Source: a virus. Taken from it: a DNA stretch of 64,000 nucleotides. The notes beneath the pieces were generated by a model that saw only the letters and a program-made list of their open reading frames with translations, was not told the origin of the DNA and did not search any database. Made by a program: the position numbers and the translations under genes. Within the stretch, counting starts at the first letter, position 1, and each line of letters starts with the position of its first letter. Where the stretch lies: the IMG/VR virus record IMGVR_UViG_3300021964_008599, positions 2,680 to 66,679 of that record; one strand, written 5' to 3'. Positions 22,762-33,401 of this stretch are shown here, one piece after another.

Positions 22762-23826
22762 ATGAGTACAGAATTATTACAAAAAGTCGAAGAATCGGTA
22801 CAAAAATTAGAAGATAAATCTGTAAGGATTTATTTTTTAGTACAAGATACTAAGGGTAATGCTAAGGCAGGTGTTAGACACATCTATCAAATTGCAATGT
22901 CCTTAAAAAATAATGGGTTTAACCCAATCATTATTCATGAAGATGCTGAATATGTTGGAGTTGCTGAGTGGTTAGGTCCTGAATATATGGAATTACCACA
23001 TGAACCAATCAATGGTCAAAACTTAAAAATCTCACCTGAAGATTTTATTGTGGTACCTGAAGTTTACGGTCATGTATTAGAACAAGTATCTAATTTACCT
23101 TGTGGTAAAATTGTTATTTGTCAAGCATATGACCACATGTTAGAAACTTTACAACCTGGTACAACATGGTCACAGTATGGATTTTTAAAGGTTATCACTA
23201 CAAATGAAAAACAAATGGAATTTGTAAAAGGTATTATGAAAAATGTCACTTTTGATATTATTGAACCTTTCATTCCTGAAACCTTCACGACAAAAGAAAA
23301 ACCGTCAAAACCAATCATTTCTATTCACACTCGTGACCAAAGAGATACAATGAAAATTATTAAAACTTTTTACCTAAAGTTCCCTCAATTTAGATGGGTT
23401 ACATTTAGAGATATGAGAGGACTAAACCAAGATGAATTTTCAAACTACCTAAAAGATTCTTTTGTTTCTGTATGGGTTGATGATACCTCAGGTTTCGGTA
23501 CGTTCCCGATTGAGTCGATGGCGTGTAGAACACCTGTAATTGGTAAGGTACCAAATATGAAACCTGATTGGATGTTAGATAACAATGGTGTATGGACTTA
23601 TGAAGTTAATCAAATGCCAGATATCATTGCTGAGTTCACTCAGAATTGGTTGGAAGATAACATTTCTGAAGGTCTTTATGAAGAAGGTCTTAACACTGCA
23701 TCTAAATTCAAAAATGAAGAAGAATTTTCAAGTAGTGTCGTATCAACATTTGAGTCTTACTTAAGTGTTAGAAAAGAAACGTTTGAGGTTCAATTAGATA
23801 AACTTAAAGTAGAAGAAGAAAATTAA
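22762..23826 (+). CDS. Glycosyltransferase (GT-B-like)
   Basis: VVPEVY and SGFGTFPIESMACRTPVIG (GT4-like E-x-M-A motif). Confidence 0.75.
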   Translation: MSTELLQKVEESVQKLEDKSVRIYFLVQDTKGNAKAGVRHIYQIAMSLKNNGFNPIIIHEDAEYVGVAEWLGPEYMELPHEPINGQNLKISPEDFIVVPEVYGHVLEQVSNLPCGKIVICQAYDHMLETLQPGTTWSQYGFLKVITTNEKQMEFVKGIMKNVTFDIIEPFIPETFTTKEKPSKPIISIHTRDQRDTMKIIKTFYLKFPQFRWVTFRDMRGLNQDEFSNYLKDSFVSVWVDDTSGFGTFPIESMACRTPVIGKVPNMKPDWMLDNNGVWTYEVNQMPDIIAEFTQNWLEDNISEGLYEEGLNTASKFKNEEEFSSSVVSTFESYLSVRKETFEVQLDKLKVEEEN

Positions 23827-23830
23827 TATT

Positions 23831-24637
23831 ATGGAAAGTACATTAAACGTATCAGTAATCTTACCAATCAGTTCTTCAAAAGCAAAGAATTTTGAAGAGT
23901 TGTTCGATGGATGTATCACATCTATTCAAAATCAAACCACTAAAATTGACGAATTAGTTATTGTTCACAGTGATGAAGAATCTTTAGTAGGTTACCTATC
24001 AAACTATAACTTTAGCGGATTATCTGTTAATATGGTTGTTAACACTGGTGACATTGATTTTTCTTCACAGGTTAATTTAGGTGTTGAAAACGCAAAAAAC
24101 GAATGGATTTCTATTTTAGAATTTGACGATGAATATGCATCTATTTGGTTTAAAAACGTAAAAAGATATATTGAATCATATCCTGAAGTATCAGGATTTT
24201 TACCTCTTGTTATTGATGTTGACGACAAAGGGGTATTTGCAGGGTTTACAAATGAGGCAACCTTCGCAGCAAATATGAATACCGAAATTGGTTACTTAAC
24301 TAATGAAGTATTATTAAACTACCAAAACTTCCAATCAAGTGGTATGGTTCTTAAAAAAGAAGTGTTCCAACAATATGGAGGTTTAAAGAAGTCTATGAAG
24401 CTTACTTTTGTTTATGAGTTCCTATTGAGACTAAGTTATAATTCAGTAATGATTATGACCATCCCAAGAATAGGTTATAAGCATATGAATATGAGAGAGG
24501 GTTCCATTTTCTGGAACTACAAATTTGGTGAGAATAAGATAACTGAGGATGAAGTTGCTTTTTGGATTGATTCGGCTAAAAAAGAACATTTCTTTACGGA
24601 AGATAGGAACATAAATTATCAACCACAAGATGTTTAA
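23831..24637 (+). CDS. Glycosyltransferase family 2-like
   Basis: VSVILPI, VNLGVENAKNEWISILEFDD, EFLLRL. Confidence 0.8.
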   Translation: MESTLNVSVILPISSSKAKNFEELFDGCITSIQNQTTKIDELVIVHSDEESLVGYLSNYNFSGLSVNMVVNTGDIDFSSQVNLGVENAKNEWISILEFDDEYASIWFKNVKRYIESYPEVSGFLPLVIDVDDKGVFAGFTNEATFAANMNTEIGYLTNEVLLNYQNFQSSGMVLKKEVFQQYGGLKKSMKLTFVYEFLLRLSYNSVMIMTIPRIGYKHMNMREGSIFWNYKFGENKITEDEVAFWIDSAKKEHFFTEDRNINYQPQDV

Positions 24638-25398
24638 TGTTTTTAGAATCTCTAAGTGCAACTTCTTCTAATTCTGAATCGGTAGAAAAAAAGAAAAGAG
24701 GGAGAAAACCAAAATCAAACAATTATTTTGATGTTCGTGAGGAGACGGCTGTTAGGATGTTCTTAACAGCGTCTACCTACACGGAAAAAAACAAAATATA
24801 TGATGAATATTTACGTGCTCCGTTAGATAAAATGATTGAGTCAATTATACGTAGATATAAATTATATAGAAAAGATATGGATTTTAGAGAAATTCATCAC
24901 GATACACATTCATTTTTAATTACTAAGGTTGATAAGTTTAAACCAGCTAAAGGTAAAAAGGCTTATTCATATTTTGGTACCATCTGTAAAAACTATTTGA
25001 TGGGACAAATCATCAAAGACCAAAAAGAACAAAATAGAAAAATATCATATGAGGACATAACCACTAAGTTAGAGAATCGACCTGATATGATATATTATAT
25101 CGAAAACGAAAAAATAGAACCTTCTGAAATAATCAAAAAATTTGTACAAGAGTTAGAAGAATTTATTGAAAAAAATAATTTAAATAACAACGAATTAAAA
25201 TTAGGGTATGCCCTTATAGAATTATTTGAAAATTACAATGACATATTCATTGGTACTGATAACAACAAATTTAATAAAAATATCATTTTATTATCTCTAA
25301 GGGAAATGACAAATATGTCAACAAAAGAAATCAGAACTTCGATGAGGAAGTTTAAAAAATTATATTACGATTTAATAACAAGACTAAACAACATATAA
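24637..25398 (+). CDS. Putative late-transcription sigma factor (T4 gp55-like)
   Basis: NNYF...KVDKFKPAKGKKAYSYFGTICKNYL resembles the sigma region 2 of gp55 (FDP..K.PFAYFTQIC.N). Confidence 0.6.
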   Translation: MFLESLSATSSNSESVEKKKRGRKPKSNNYFDVREETAVRMFLTASTYTEKNKIYDEYLRAPLDKMIESIIRRYKLYRKDMDFREIHHDTHSFLITKVDKFKPAKGKKAYSYFGTICKNYLMGQIIKDQKEQNRKISYEDITTKLENRPDMIYYIENEKIEPSEIIKKFVQELEEFIEKNNLNNNELKLGYALIELFENYNDIFIGTDNNKFNKNIILLSLREMTNMSTKEIRTSMRKFKKLYYDLITRLNNI

Positions 25399-25427
25399 AA
25401 ACTTGTTCAACAAATATTTATAGTATT

Positions 25428-25802
25428 ATGGCAAGACCAAAGAAAAAAGAAATAGTACTAAGTAAGGATTCTGTTTTATCGCTTATGCAAGAAATCTACA
25501 ACGAACTTGTGGAACAGAGAGCAACTGCTGTAAGGATACAAAACAAGATGTTAGCCATGTTGAAGGACCCCGAAGATATGACTGTTATTGGTCCCGTCAT
25601 TAAAGAACAACAAAAAATAATAAATGATACCATAGAAAAGAAGCTATCATTATCTAAGTTACAATCAACTATTTGGGAAAAGTCAAACAACAATACTGAA
25701 GAGAATTTTAGTCTTTCAGAGATTGACGATGATACCTTACAGACATTAATACAAAAAGATATAGATAATGATGATAAAAAAGATGGTTATAAACTAGATT
25801 AA
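25428..25802 (+). CDS. Hypothetical phage protein (helical)
   Basis: 124 aa ORF with TATTTAT motif upstream. Confidence 0.75.
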   Translation: MARPKKKEIVLSKDSVLSLMQEIYNELVEQRATAVRIQNKMLAMLKDPEDMTVIGPVIKEQQKIINDTIEKKLSLSKLQSTIWEKSNNNTEENFSLSEIDDDTLQTLIQKDIDNDDKKDGYKLD

Positions 25803-25813
25803 ATTTAACCATA

Positions 25814-27766
25814 ATGTCATCAAATAAAGAAGGTTGGAGAAGTATTAATAGTCAGGTATCCGCTTACAAAACCACTATACAGACAAACGCAAACGAAACA
25901 AAGTTTAAAAAAGATTCTTTGGGTGATAACTTTGCTCAATCAAAGAGTGAGGCTATGAAGCAACTTAACTCTATGGGTGATATTAAACAAAGAGCCCAAC
26001 AAGAGATAAGAACCACTTTTGATGAACTTGTGGATGTTTTTAAAAAGACAATGCCAAACCCAAAAAATACGGGTTCAAGTACTGTAGACTTTTTAATCAA
26101 ACAAATATTAACAGCCAGTGAGTCGACAAAATCAAGAATGAGTGAGATTGTCACTGATGAAGTACTTAGTGTCGCGGGGTGTTCTGAAGAACAAACGTTT
26201 GACCCTCAAGAAAAAATTTACATTAATGTAGAATCAATTGACTTACGAGAATTATTAAAGAATAGTCCTGATAGTGAACCATGGTCTCTTAGATATGAAA
26301 AAGACACCATCAATGTGGGTAACACACCATTCTCAATGGACAAGGAGTTATACCATAGACTACAAAATGAAGGTCTTTCTTTTAATCAAGAGTACGGTAC
26401 GGATTATATTGGAGCATCAGGTGGTGGTATTTTCGATATAAAGTACGTTACCAGTTATACTAAAAATGGTAATACTTTTTTTGGCGATTTCTATGAAGTT
26501 AGTTTAAAAAATAGAATCAAAGGAAATAATTTAGGAGACTTCTTAAGAGATTATTATGGTTCTATAGACCTAATTAATTTCAATATGATTTCAGTTGAAA
26601 TCATGAATATGTTAACAAACTTTATTGATATATCAGGTGGTTTATCAATTGGTCAGAAAGAAGTGCAGACTAAATGGGCCATTATACTACAAAGAATATT
26701 AGGTTTATGTTTTGATAGTACTAAAGAAATAGACGTTCAAGGAACAGCTAAAGTTGGTCAGTTGGATAATATTGATGAATCGTTTTTTGAGATGTCTTCT
26801 GCTGATTTACGTAATATTGAAAATGATGTTAATAATATGGTTCAAGGTATTACTGAATTTACCGATTGTGATAATCTAAAGTTACCTGTCGACACTCAAT
26901 CAATTATCAGTTCAATGAAAAGGGTAAGAGACTTAGATAGTGACAATCCGAAAGAACAAATTGATGAATTTATTAAAACTGTTAATGATTTATCAAAAAA
27001 CCAAAATTGGTCTTTTAACATCCCTAACAGTATCAATCTTAACCTTGATATCGCCATCAACTTAGACCTACTAAGGATTATACCAAAAGGTGCTATGTTA
27101 ACCATATTAAGCCCAAAAATGTTATTGGGTCTGTTTATTGTTTTAAAATCAATAAACCCTAATTTTTCAGGTATTATTGACGGATTACAGTCTTTTATAA
27201 AAGAGTTTGGAAAATTCATTGTTAATATGATGAGTAAGATTGCCGCGATTTTTGTTGAGGAACTCTTTAAATTATTAAAGAAAAATCTTAGACTATTAGT
27301 TGAGACCTTATTAATTGAGATAGTTAAAGAAGCCAAAGATAAAAGAGCGGTTATTATAAGTTCAATAATCTTTATTTTAATACAAACAATTTCAGGTATA
27401 ATTGACTATCGAGAATGTAAGAGTCTTGTGGATGAGATACTAAACCTATTAAATTTAGGTGCCGCAGTATTAGGTGTGTCTATACCTTCGTTTGCGTTGG
27501 CTGCGAGTTCTTTGTTGGGAGGTTTTTCACCAACACGAGCAATGGCTGAGATAACTGAGAGGTTAGAAGAATTAGGTATACCAACAGGAGACTTACCGAG
27601 TGGGGCACCAAATGTGGCATTACCAGCAATCGCGGCACAAATTAAAGGTAGTTATCAAGAACAATTAAAAAATGGTAAGGTTGAGGTTTGGATACCACCA
27701 TTGGCGGTACCACCTGTTGTTGCAGGTGCTACTGTACCGAGTAGAGCATCTGGAAAAGCATTTTAA
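25814..27766 (+). CDS. Hypothetical structural protein (baseplate region)
   Basis: 650 aa ORF upstream of a gp5-like gene; hydrophobic C-terminal helices. Confidence 0.6.
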   Translation: MSSNKEGWRSINSQVSAYKTTIQTNANETKFKKDSLGDNFAQSKSEAMKQLNSMGDIKQRAQQEIRTTFDELVDVFKKTMPNPKNTGSSTVDFLIKQILTASESTKSRMSEIVTDEVLSVAGCSEEQTFDPQEKIYINVESIDLRELLKNSPDSEPWSLRYEKDTINVGNTPFSMDKELYHRLQNEGLSFNQEYGTDYIGASGGGIFDIKYVTSYTKNGNTFFGDFYEVSLKNRIKGNNLGDFLRDYYGSIDLINFNMISVEIMNMLTNFIDISGGLSIGQKEVQTKWAIILQRILGLCFDSTKEIDVQGTAKVGQLDNIDESFFEMSSADLRNIENDVNNMVQGITEFTDCDNLKLPVDTQSIISSMKRVRDLDSDNPKEQIDEFIKTVNDLSKNQNWSFNIPNSINLNLDIAINLDLLRIIPKGAMLTILSPKMLLGLFIVLKSINPNFSGIIDGLQSFIKEFGKFIVNMMSKIAAIFVEELFKLLKKNLRLLVETLLIEIVKEAKDKRAVIISSIIFILIQTISGIIDYRECKSLVDEILNLLNLGAAVLGVSIPSFALAASSLLGGFSPTRAMAEITERLEELGIPTGDLPSGAPNVALPAIAAQIKGSYQEQLKNGKVEVWIPPLAVPPVVAGATVPSRASGKAF

Positions 27767-27768
27767 AA

Positions 27769-27966
27769 ATGGATAAATCGAAATTACAAAATATAATAGT
27801 TGAGTATCAATCAAAACCTAATAAGGATTTGATTGAAGCGATGGATTTCCTACAAAATGATTTTGAGGAAACTAAAAAGTTAATTATTAAACTCACCAAA
27901 CATTTAGACGGTACTGAATTGGTGTATAATAAAATCTTAAAAGAGTACAAAAAAAGAACTAAGTAA
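27769..27966 (+). CDS. Hypothetical protein
   Basis: 65 aa ORF coupled to the next gene. Confidence 0.7.
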   Translation: MDKSKLQNIIVEYQSKPNKDLIEAMDFLQNDFEETKKLIIKLTKHLDGTELVYNKILKEYKKRTK

Positions 27967-29573
27967 TGGGAGACCCTAAGTATAACAATAGAATTATTTA
28001 TATCGGTGAATGTATTGACAATAGAGACCCAATGGGTTTGGGTAGGATACGTGCGATTTTAAAGACGGAGAACACCTCAGACCGAGAAAAAAGTGCCAAT
28101 GCAAACAATAGACAAGAAGCCGAAAATTACAAAGGTAAATGGTCGGATAAAGACCCATTTGTAATTAAACCGTTACTTCCTGTGTTTTTAAATACGGTTC
28201 CCAAAACTAATGAAAATAAAAATGGTGGAGAATATATTCACATATTTTATTCAAATCCTGACGATAAGGCTAATAAAGATAAATTTTATGTTGGTGGTGT
28301 ATTTTCATCATTAACAAAATTAAAAATGCAACCTTATTCCGATGCTGTACAAGATTTAAATCAGGGAAGTAGGAATAAAAAAGATAAATCTCTTCGTGAC
28401 CCTGAAACATTAAAATGTTATGAAGCAATTAATGAGGGGGTCTACTCACTACCTGATGATGTATCTATCGATGGTAGAGGAAGTGCCGATTTAGTTTTAA
28501 GAGATAATCACGTTATTTTAAGAGCTGGTAAATATGTCGGTGACCCACAACCTAACACTTATCCTGTTGCCAACCCTAATCGTGCCTTCGTACAGTTAAG
28601 TAAATTTAAGACAAAATCAGAATATGGTTTACCTGAAAAATTTTATAGGTTTGAATTTAAACATAAACCAATTAACCTATTAATTGAATACACATTAACT
28701 AACCCTGATAATACCAGAAACAAATTATCAGGAGCAATATATATTTACCAACTTAACCCATTAAAAAACACATCAACAGCGTCAAAAACAAACACAGAAA
28801 GCTTTAACATTAAAACTGAATTAGTAGATGTTGAAGATAAAGCGTTGTTAAAACAATTTATCTTTAGAGGATTATCTAATTTTGAATTAACTAATACAAT
28901 TAATAAATTCATACAAGGTGTTGTTGATGGTGAAATACCTTATTTACAAAACCTAGAACCTTTAGGTCCTTTTAAATTATCTTCGTTTGTCAATCCTAAT
29001 AATAGATTTCCAATATATTTTAGACCACAAACTAGTTTATATGAAAAGTTAACTTCACAAGATTCACAAACACAAGAAAAATTAAATATTGGTAACCTAA
29101 TGTCAGGTATTAAAGCTATTGATAGTGATGGGACACCTGGATATGGTTTAATTTATGATGACAGTAAAAGAGGAACTGTGCCGTTTAAACCTAAAGAAGA
29201 AACGAGAATAGACAAAAATATTAAATTGGTTAACAATACTGCAGCCATAATGGGTGGTGATGAAATTTATTTGTTATCACATAAGTCAGTTAAAAAAGGT
29301 GCAGGTAAAATAGATTTAGGTGGTACACTATACGGTATAGAAGAAAACAAATTATCTGACGATATCGAACCAAAAACATCATCAGTAGTTAGAGGTGAAG
29401 AGTTAATACAATTACTAAACATGATGGTTGACTTCATGGTGAGTCATGTTCACCCTTATCACGGAATGGTTCCCGATTCAAAATCTCAATCAGGAATAAC
29501 CGCTGACAAACTATTAACGGAACTGGAAGCAGCAAAAGAAAAAATATTAAACAAGTATATTCGTATAAACTAA
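27966..29573 (+). CDS. Baseplate hub/central spike protein (gp5/VgrG OB-fold)
   Basis: IGECIDNRDPMGLGRIRA at the N-terminus; C-terminal VRGEEL...HVHPYHG spike-tip HxH motif. Confidence 0.7.
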   Translation: MGDPKYNNRIIYIGECIDNRDPMGLGRIRAILKTENTSDREKSANANNRQEAENYKGKWSDKDPFVIKPLLPVFLNTVPKTNENKNGGEYIHIFYSNPDDKANKDKFYVGGVFSSLTKLKMQPYSDAVQDLNQGSRNKKDKSLRDPETLKCYEAINEGVYSLPDDVSIDGRGSADLVLRDNHVILRAGKYVGDPQPNTYPVANPNRAFVQLSKFKTKSEYGLPEKFYRFEFKHKPINLLIEYTLTNPDNTRNKLSGAIYIYQLNPLKNTSTASKTNTESFNIKTELVDVEDKALLKQFIFRGLSNFELTNTINKFIQGVVDGEIPYLQNLEPLGPFKLSSFVNPNNRFPIYFRPQTSLYEKLTSQDSQTQEKLNIGNLMSGIKAIDSDGTPGYGLIYDDSKRGTVPFKPKEETRIDKNIKLVNNTAAIMGGDEIYLLSHKSVKKGAGKIDLGGTLYGIEENKLSDDIEPKTSSVVRGEELIQLLNMMVDFMVSHVHPYHGMVPDSKSQSGITADKLLTELEAAKEKILNKYIRIN

Positions 29574-29594
29574 GTATTTATATAAAAAGAATAT

Positions 29595-31064
29595 ATGTCA
29601 GTTTACAAATCATATTTTAATAGAAACAATACCTTAGTTTTTAATTCATACACTAACACAGGTAGAAATCCTATTGTTGAATTGTTTTTCGGTAGGGTAG
29701 ATAATGTACTCATACCTAAAGGGTATAGTCGTTTTATCTTCGATATAGACCTATCACAACTTCAGGATAAGATATCTAATGGTGAAATATCTACAGGGTG
29801 TTCAAAAAATATGTCACACATCTTACGTATGACCAATACATCAGCATTTGATGAAGAATTACTAAACGATAAATGGTCAAATGGTAGAAGAAGAGCAACG
29901 TCTTTTGATTTAGTATTATTTAGAATACCTAAAACATCAGGTTCAACAGGTGACTCTCAAGTATGGGATGAAGGTGTGGGATATGATTATTATGATTTTA
30001 GCCAAATTCCAACTGACAAATCTTATTCTAATCGACCGTCAAACTGGTACGAAGCTCAAACAATTAAAAATTGGTCGTTAAATGGGATATACGATAACGA
30101 AAACAATCAAACAATTTCAGGATTAAACTTTAGCGGTTTAACTATTGTAGATACTCAACACTTTGAGTTTGGTAATGAAGATATTGAGTTTGATATGACT
30201 GACGAAATTAACAACATTCTTACAGGTGCAACTACAGGTGTTACAGGATGGGGTGTTGCGTTTTATCCTCAAGTTGAGAATATTACAGGTCTTACTGAAA
30301 ACTATTCAGTAGGTTTCTTCTCTCGTCATACACAAACATTTTACGAACCTTACTTAGAAACAACATATGACGATTTAATTCAAGACGATAGAAATATATT
30401 CTACGCAGAAAAAAACAACAAACTTTACTTATATAGTTACAGTTTTGGTAACCCTCAAAATTTTGATTCAAACCCAACTGTAGATATTTTAGATTTAAAT
30501 GGTAACGTTGTTGATGGATTTACTGATTTACCTACATGTCAGGTTACTAATGGTGTTTACGAAGTTGAAGTTAGTGGTCTTACCGCATCAACAGTACCGT
30601 GTATGTATTATGATGTATGGAAGGGTCTTAGTGTCGATGGTGTTGATTTAAATAATGTTGAAAACGAATTTGTTATTAATGACCTTTCAGGATATTACCA
30701 AATAGGTTCAACAACAAATGAACCTTCATTGTATGGTTTTGACTTTTACGGCATAAAACAGGATGAGAAGATTTTAGGCACTGACACCAGAAAAGTTAAC
30801 GTTGTTTTAAAGAAGGCATATACTACAAATGAAGTGTTGAATAAAGTAGACGCGTATTACAGAATCTATGTTAGAGAAGGTAAAACTGAAGTACAGGTTC
30901 AAGATTGGACAGAATTAAATAGAACACCAGATGGTCATTATTTTATATTACACACGGACGATAAGATACCTAATGAATATTTTATTGATTTAAAAGTGAT
31001 TACCGACCGAGAGGTTAATACTTATAAAAGAGAATTAAAATTCCAAATTGTTAATAGAAAATGA
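29595..31064 (+). CDS. Putative virion structural protein
   Basis: 489 aa beta-rich ORF next to the spike gene; TATTTAT motif upstream. Confidence 0.6.
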   Translation: MSVYKSYFNRNNTLVFNSYTNTGRNPIVELFFGRVDNVLIPKGYSRFIFDIDLSQLQDKISNGEISTGCSKNMSHILRMTNTSAFDEELLNDKWSNGRRRATSFDLVLFRIPKTSGSTGDSQVWDEGVGYDYYDFSQIPTDKSYSNRPSNWYEAQTIKNWSLNGIYDNENNQTISGLNFSGLTIVDTQHFEFGNEDIEFDMTDEINNILTGATTGVTGWGVAFYPQVENITGLTENYSVGFFSRHTQTFYEPYLETTYDDLIQDDRNIFYAEKNNKLYLYSYSFGNPQNFDSNPTVDILDLNGNVVDGFTDLPTCQVTNGVYEVEVSGLTASTVPCMYYDVWKGLSVDGVDLNNVENEFVINDLSGYYQIGSTTNEPSLYGFDFYGIKQDEKILGTDTRKVNVVLKKAYTTNEVLNKVDAYYRIYVREGKTEVQVQDWTELNRTPDGHYFILHTDDKIPNEYFIDLKVITDREVNTYKRELKFQIVNRK

Positions 31065-31324
31065 AAAAGGTAACCATCACAGAGTCAGATTTAATTGAGA
31101 TTATTACAAGAGTAATCAACGAAAAGAAAAAATCCAAAAAGAAAAAAAAGAAGAAAAAGGACACAACATTGTGTTCACGTGGTAAAAACGCTGCAAAGGC
31201 TAAATATGAAGTCTACCCATCGGCATATGCTAATGGTTACGCAGTACAAGTATGTAAAGGTAAGATGCCAGGTCTGGACGGAAAAAAAAGATGTTCAGGA
31301 AAGTATTGTTCAGGTAAAAAATAA
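31061..31324 (+). CDS. Small basic protein with conserved N-terminal leader
   Basis: MKKVTITESDLIEIITRVINE, then a poly-Lys tract and YPSAYANGYAVQVCKG. Confidence 0.75.
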   Translation: MKKVTITESDLIEIITRVINEKKKSKKKKKKKKDTTLCSRGKNAAKAKYEVYPSAYANGYAVQVCKGKMPGLDGKKRCSGKYCSGKK

Positions 31325-31359
31325 TACTTATATTTGTAAAAAGTTTACAACAAAAAAAA

Positions 31360-31551
31360 ATGTCATACAGCACCACTACCTATCAACTGATTAAAAAATC
31401 TAAGGATTTATCAGAAAAAGTCATATTAGAAACAGACGCATCTACAATAGAGAGAGCCATGGATTATTTCTACATGTTAAAACCAAAATCTTACGGAAAT
31501 AAAAAATATTCTATTAGAATTAAAAAGAGAGAAACGACTCTATCTTATTGA
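31360..31551 (+). CDS. Hypothetical protein
   Basis: 63 aa ORF preceded by TATATTTG (31329-31336). Confidence 0.55.
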   Translation: MSYSTTTYQLIKKSKDLSEKVILETDASTIERAMDYFYMLKPKSYGNKKYSIRIKKRETTLSY

Positions 31552-32097
31552 TTTAGATATCACCCACTTGTAACCGATATCACCACCGTGAGTTAACCAA
31601 TCCACATATTCTTTGTGTTGCTCAGGTTTACCTTTAAATGATTCATTAAGACTTACGTTATTTTTCTTTGAGTCAAAAAAGTTTTTTAGATAAGATAATT
31701 CTTCTTCATTAACAACACCTCTTTCAATAATCATAACCATCTTTTTATTAAGTGATTGACCCTTTCTTGAATACATAATACCTTTTTTCATTTCAGAAAT
31801 TACAGGTTTAGGTATCCTAATTAATCCATTATTTTCCATAATAACGATTTTAAGGTCACCAGTACCCTTAAATACTCTGTGGTATGTACCTTTAGGTATG
31901 AAGTATTTTTGACCTTCTTGCAAGTCCTGAGGTATCTCCTCGTCCATTTGTAACTTCCAACCCTTACCTGACTCAACAAAAACAATACGGTCGTATTGGT
32001 CTTTGTGCCATTTTAACTCATCAGTATCTACAGATTCACTGAATACCCTTCTAAATTTATTATATGATATATGTTGATTAGAATAGACCATTACCAA
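31540..32097 (-). CDS. Cupin-like domain protein
   Basis: WHKD...VESGKGW...FIPKGTYHRV cupin motifs. Confidence 0.65.
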   Translation of the reverse strand: MVMVYSNQHISYNKFRRVFSESVDTDELKWHKDQYDRIVFVESGKGWKLQMDEEIPQDLQEGQKYFIPKGTYHRVFKGTGDLKIVIMENNGLIRIPKPVISEMKKGIMYSRKGQSLNKKMVMIIERGVVNEEELSYLKNFFDSKKNNVSLNESFKGKPEQHKEYVDWLTHGGDIGYKWVISKSIR

Positions 32098-33323
32098 AAT
32101 CTTCCTGAAACATTCTTACCGAAATCTTTATGGGCTCTACACGCCCAATAACCTGCCTTAGTTTTATCTTTTTTCTTTGCACATTGGTGTCTTGCTGCGA
32201 ATGACTTACGAGCAGCAGGGTCATTCCACTTGGCAGTCATAACAGGGGAACCGTAACTTACCTTTTTAATCTTACCTGTTTTAGGATTACGTACATAAAC
32301 ATACCACTTCTTAGGACCACCACTCTTAGGTTTACCTAATTCTACTTTCTTACCCTTATACTCCGCCTCCGACAAACCAAATATTTTTTTAGCCATAGGA
32401 TTTAAGTTTGATGGTTTAATAAGTTTTGCTGGGATGGTTTTAGCTTTGGCTCTAAGTGCTTTTTGAGCTCTGTGGTTACCATCAAGTATCCATTGTATTT
32501 TATTTTGCTCGTCCACCATTACTAAAATGGGGTATTGAGTTGAAATTTCTACTTGAGATATTCGTTCAATTTCTTCAGGATTATCATCCCAATTTAAAAC
32601 TATTGGAGCTAATTTTTCTGTAGGTAAGTTTACAATTTTAATATTTTTAGTTAATTCTAAAATATCTTGTAATGTAATAATTTCATTATCAGCACCTATC
32701 CAAGATGTATCTGCCCCTTGCTCATTTACCATTGGGAAATCTAAAGGTAGTCTCTCACCTTCATACATAAAGAACTTACCTCTTTCAGATTCCAATAGTT
32801 CAATATCCTCTTCAGACCAATTACCATAACCCTCATTATAAAGTTTACGTGCTTCATTTATTACGTTAAAATATTTTGGACTACCATATCTGAATAAGTT
32901 TTCATCCAATGAAATTTTATTATCCATGTGATATTGTAATTCTTCAGAAATAACAGATTTGTCATGTTCTAATACCAAATTAACCAATCGGTCAATCGAT
33001 TCATTTTTCTTTTTGTAATTTTTCACTTTAATACGTGTTGGCTTTTGACCTTTACCTGTCTGAGTGTCTTTTTTTTCCTTTTCTCTTTTTCTACGACAAG
33101 CAGAGTCTTTTTCCTTTTGAGACATCTTACCCGCAACACCCGCACCACGACATACAGGATATGCACCTTCATCGGCATCTTTTCTTCCACAAGGAGGGTG
33201 ACCTCCACCTTTCTTTTTCTTACAGATGTTTACCCACGGACCTTTAGGTTGTGAAGAACCTTTCTTTTTTTTCTTTTTACCGAACCATACGGCCAAATCT
33301 TCTGATAAAATATATTCACTCAT
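32091..33323 (-). CDS. Multidomain basic protein with ParB/Srx-like insert and Cys/His microdomains
   Basis: PILV..ILDGNHRAQKA (ParB-N); PCGR..YPVCR; SFAARHQC..AGYWACR. Confidence 0.7.
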   Translation of the reverse strand: MSEYILSEDLAVWFGKKKKKKGSSQPKGPWVNICKKKKGGGHPPCGRKDADEGAYPVCRGAGVAGKMSQKEKDSACRRKREKEKKDTQTGKGQKPTRIKVKNYKKKNESIDRLVNLVLEHDKSVISEELQYHMDNKISLDENLFRYGSPKYFNVINEARKLYNEGYGNWSEEDIELLESERGKFFMYEGERLPLDFPMVNEQGADTSWIGADNEIITLQDILELTKNIKIVNLPTEKLAPIVLNWDDNPEEIERISQVEISTQYPILVMVDEQNKIQWILDGNHRAQKALRAKAKTIPAKLIKPSNLNPMAKKIFGLSEAEYKGKKVELGKPKSGGPKKWYVYVRNPKTGKIKKVSYGSPVMTAKWNDPAARKSFAARHQCAKKKDKTKAGYWACRAHKDFGKNVSGRFW

Positions 33324-33401
33324 GCTTGATTATTGTTATAATTTACTTATCTATTAGATAAATATAACTGAGAATAAACTTTTCACTTAAATAAGAAAAA
33401 A

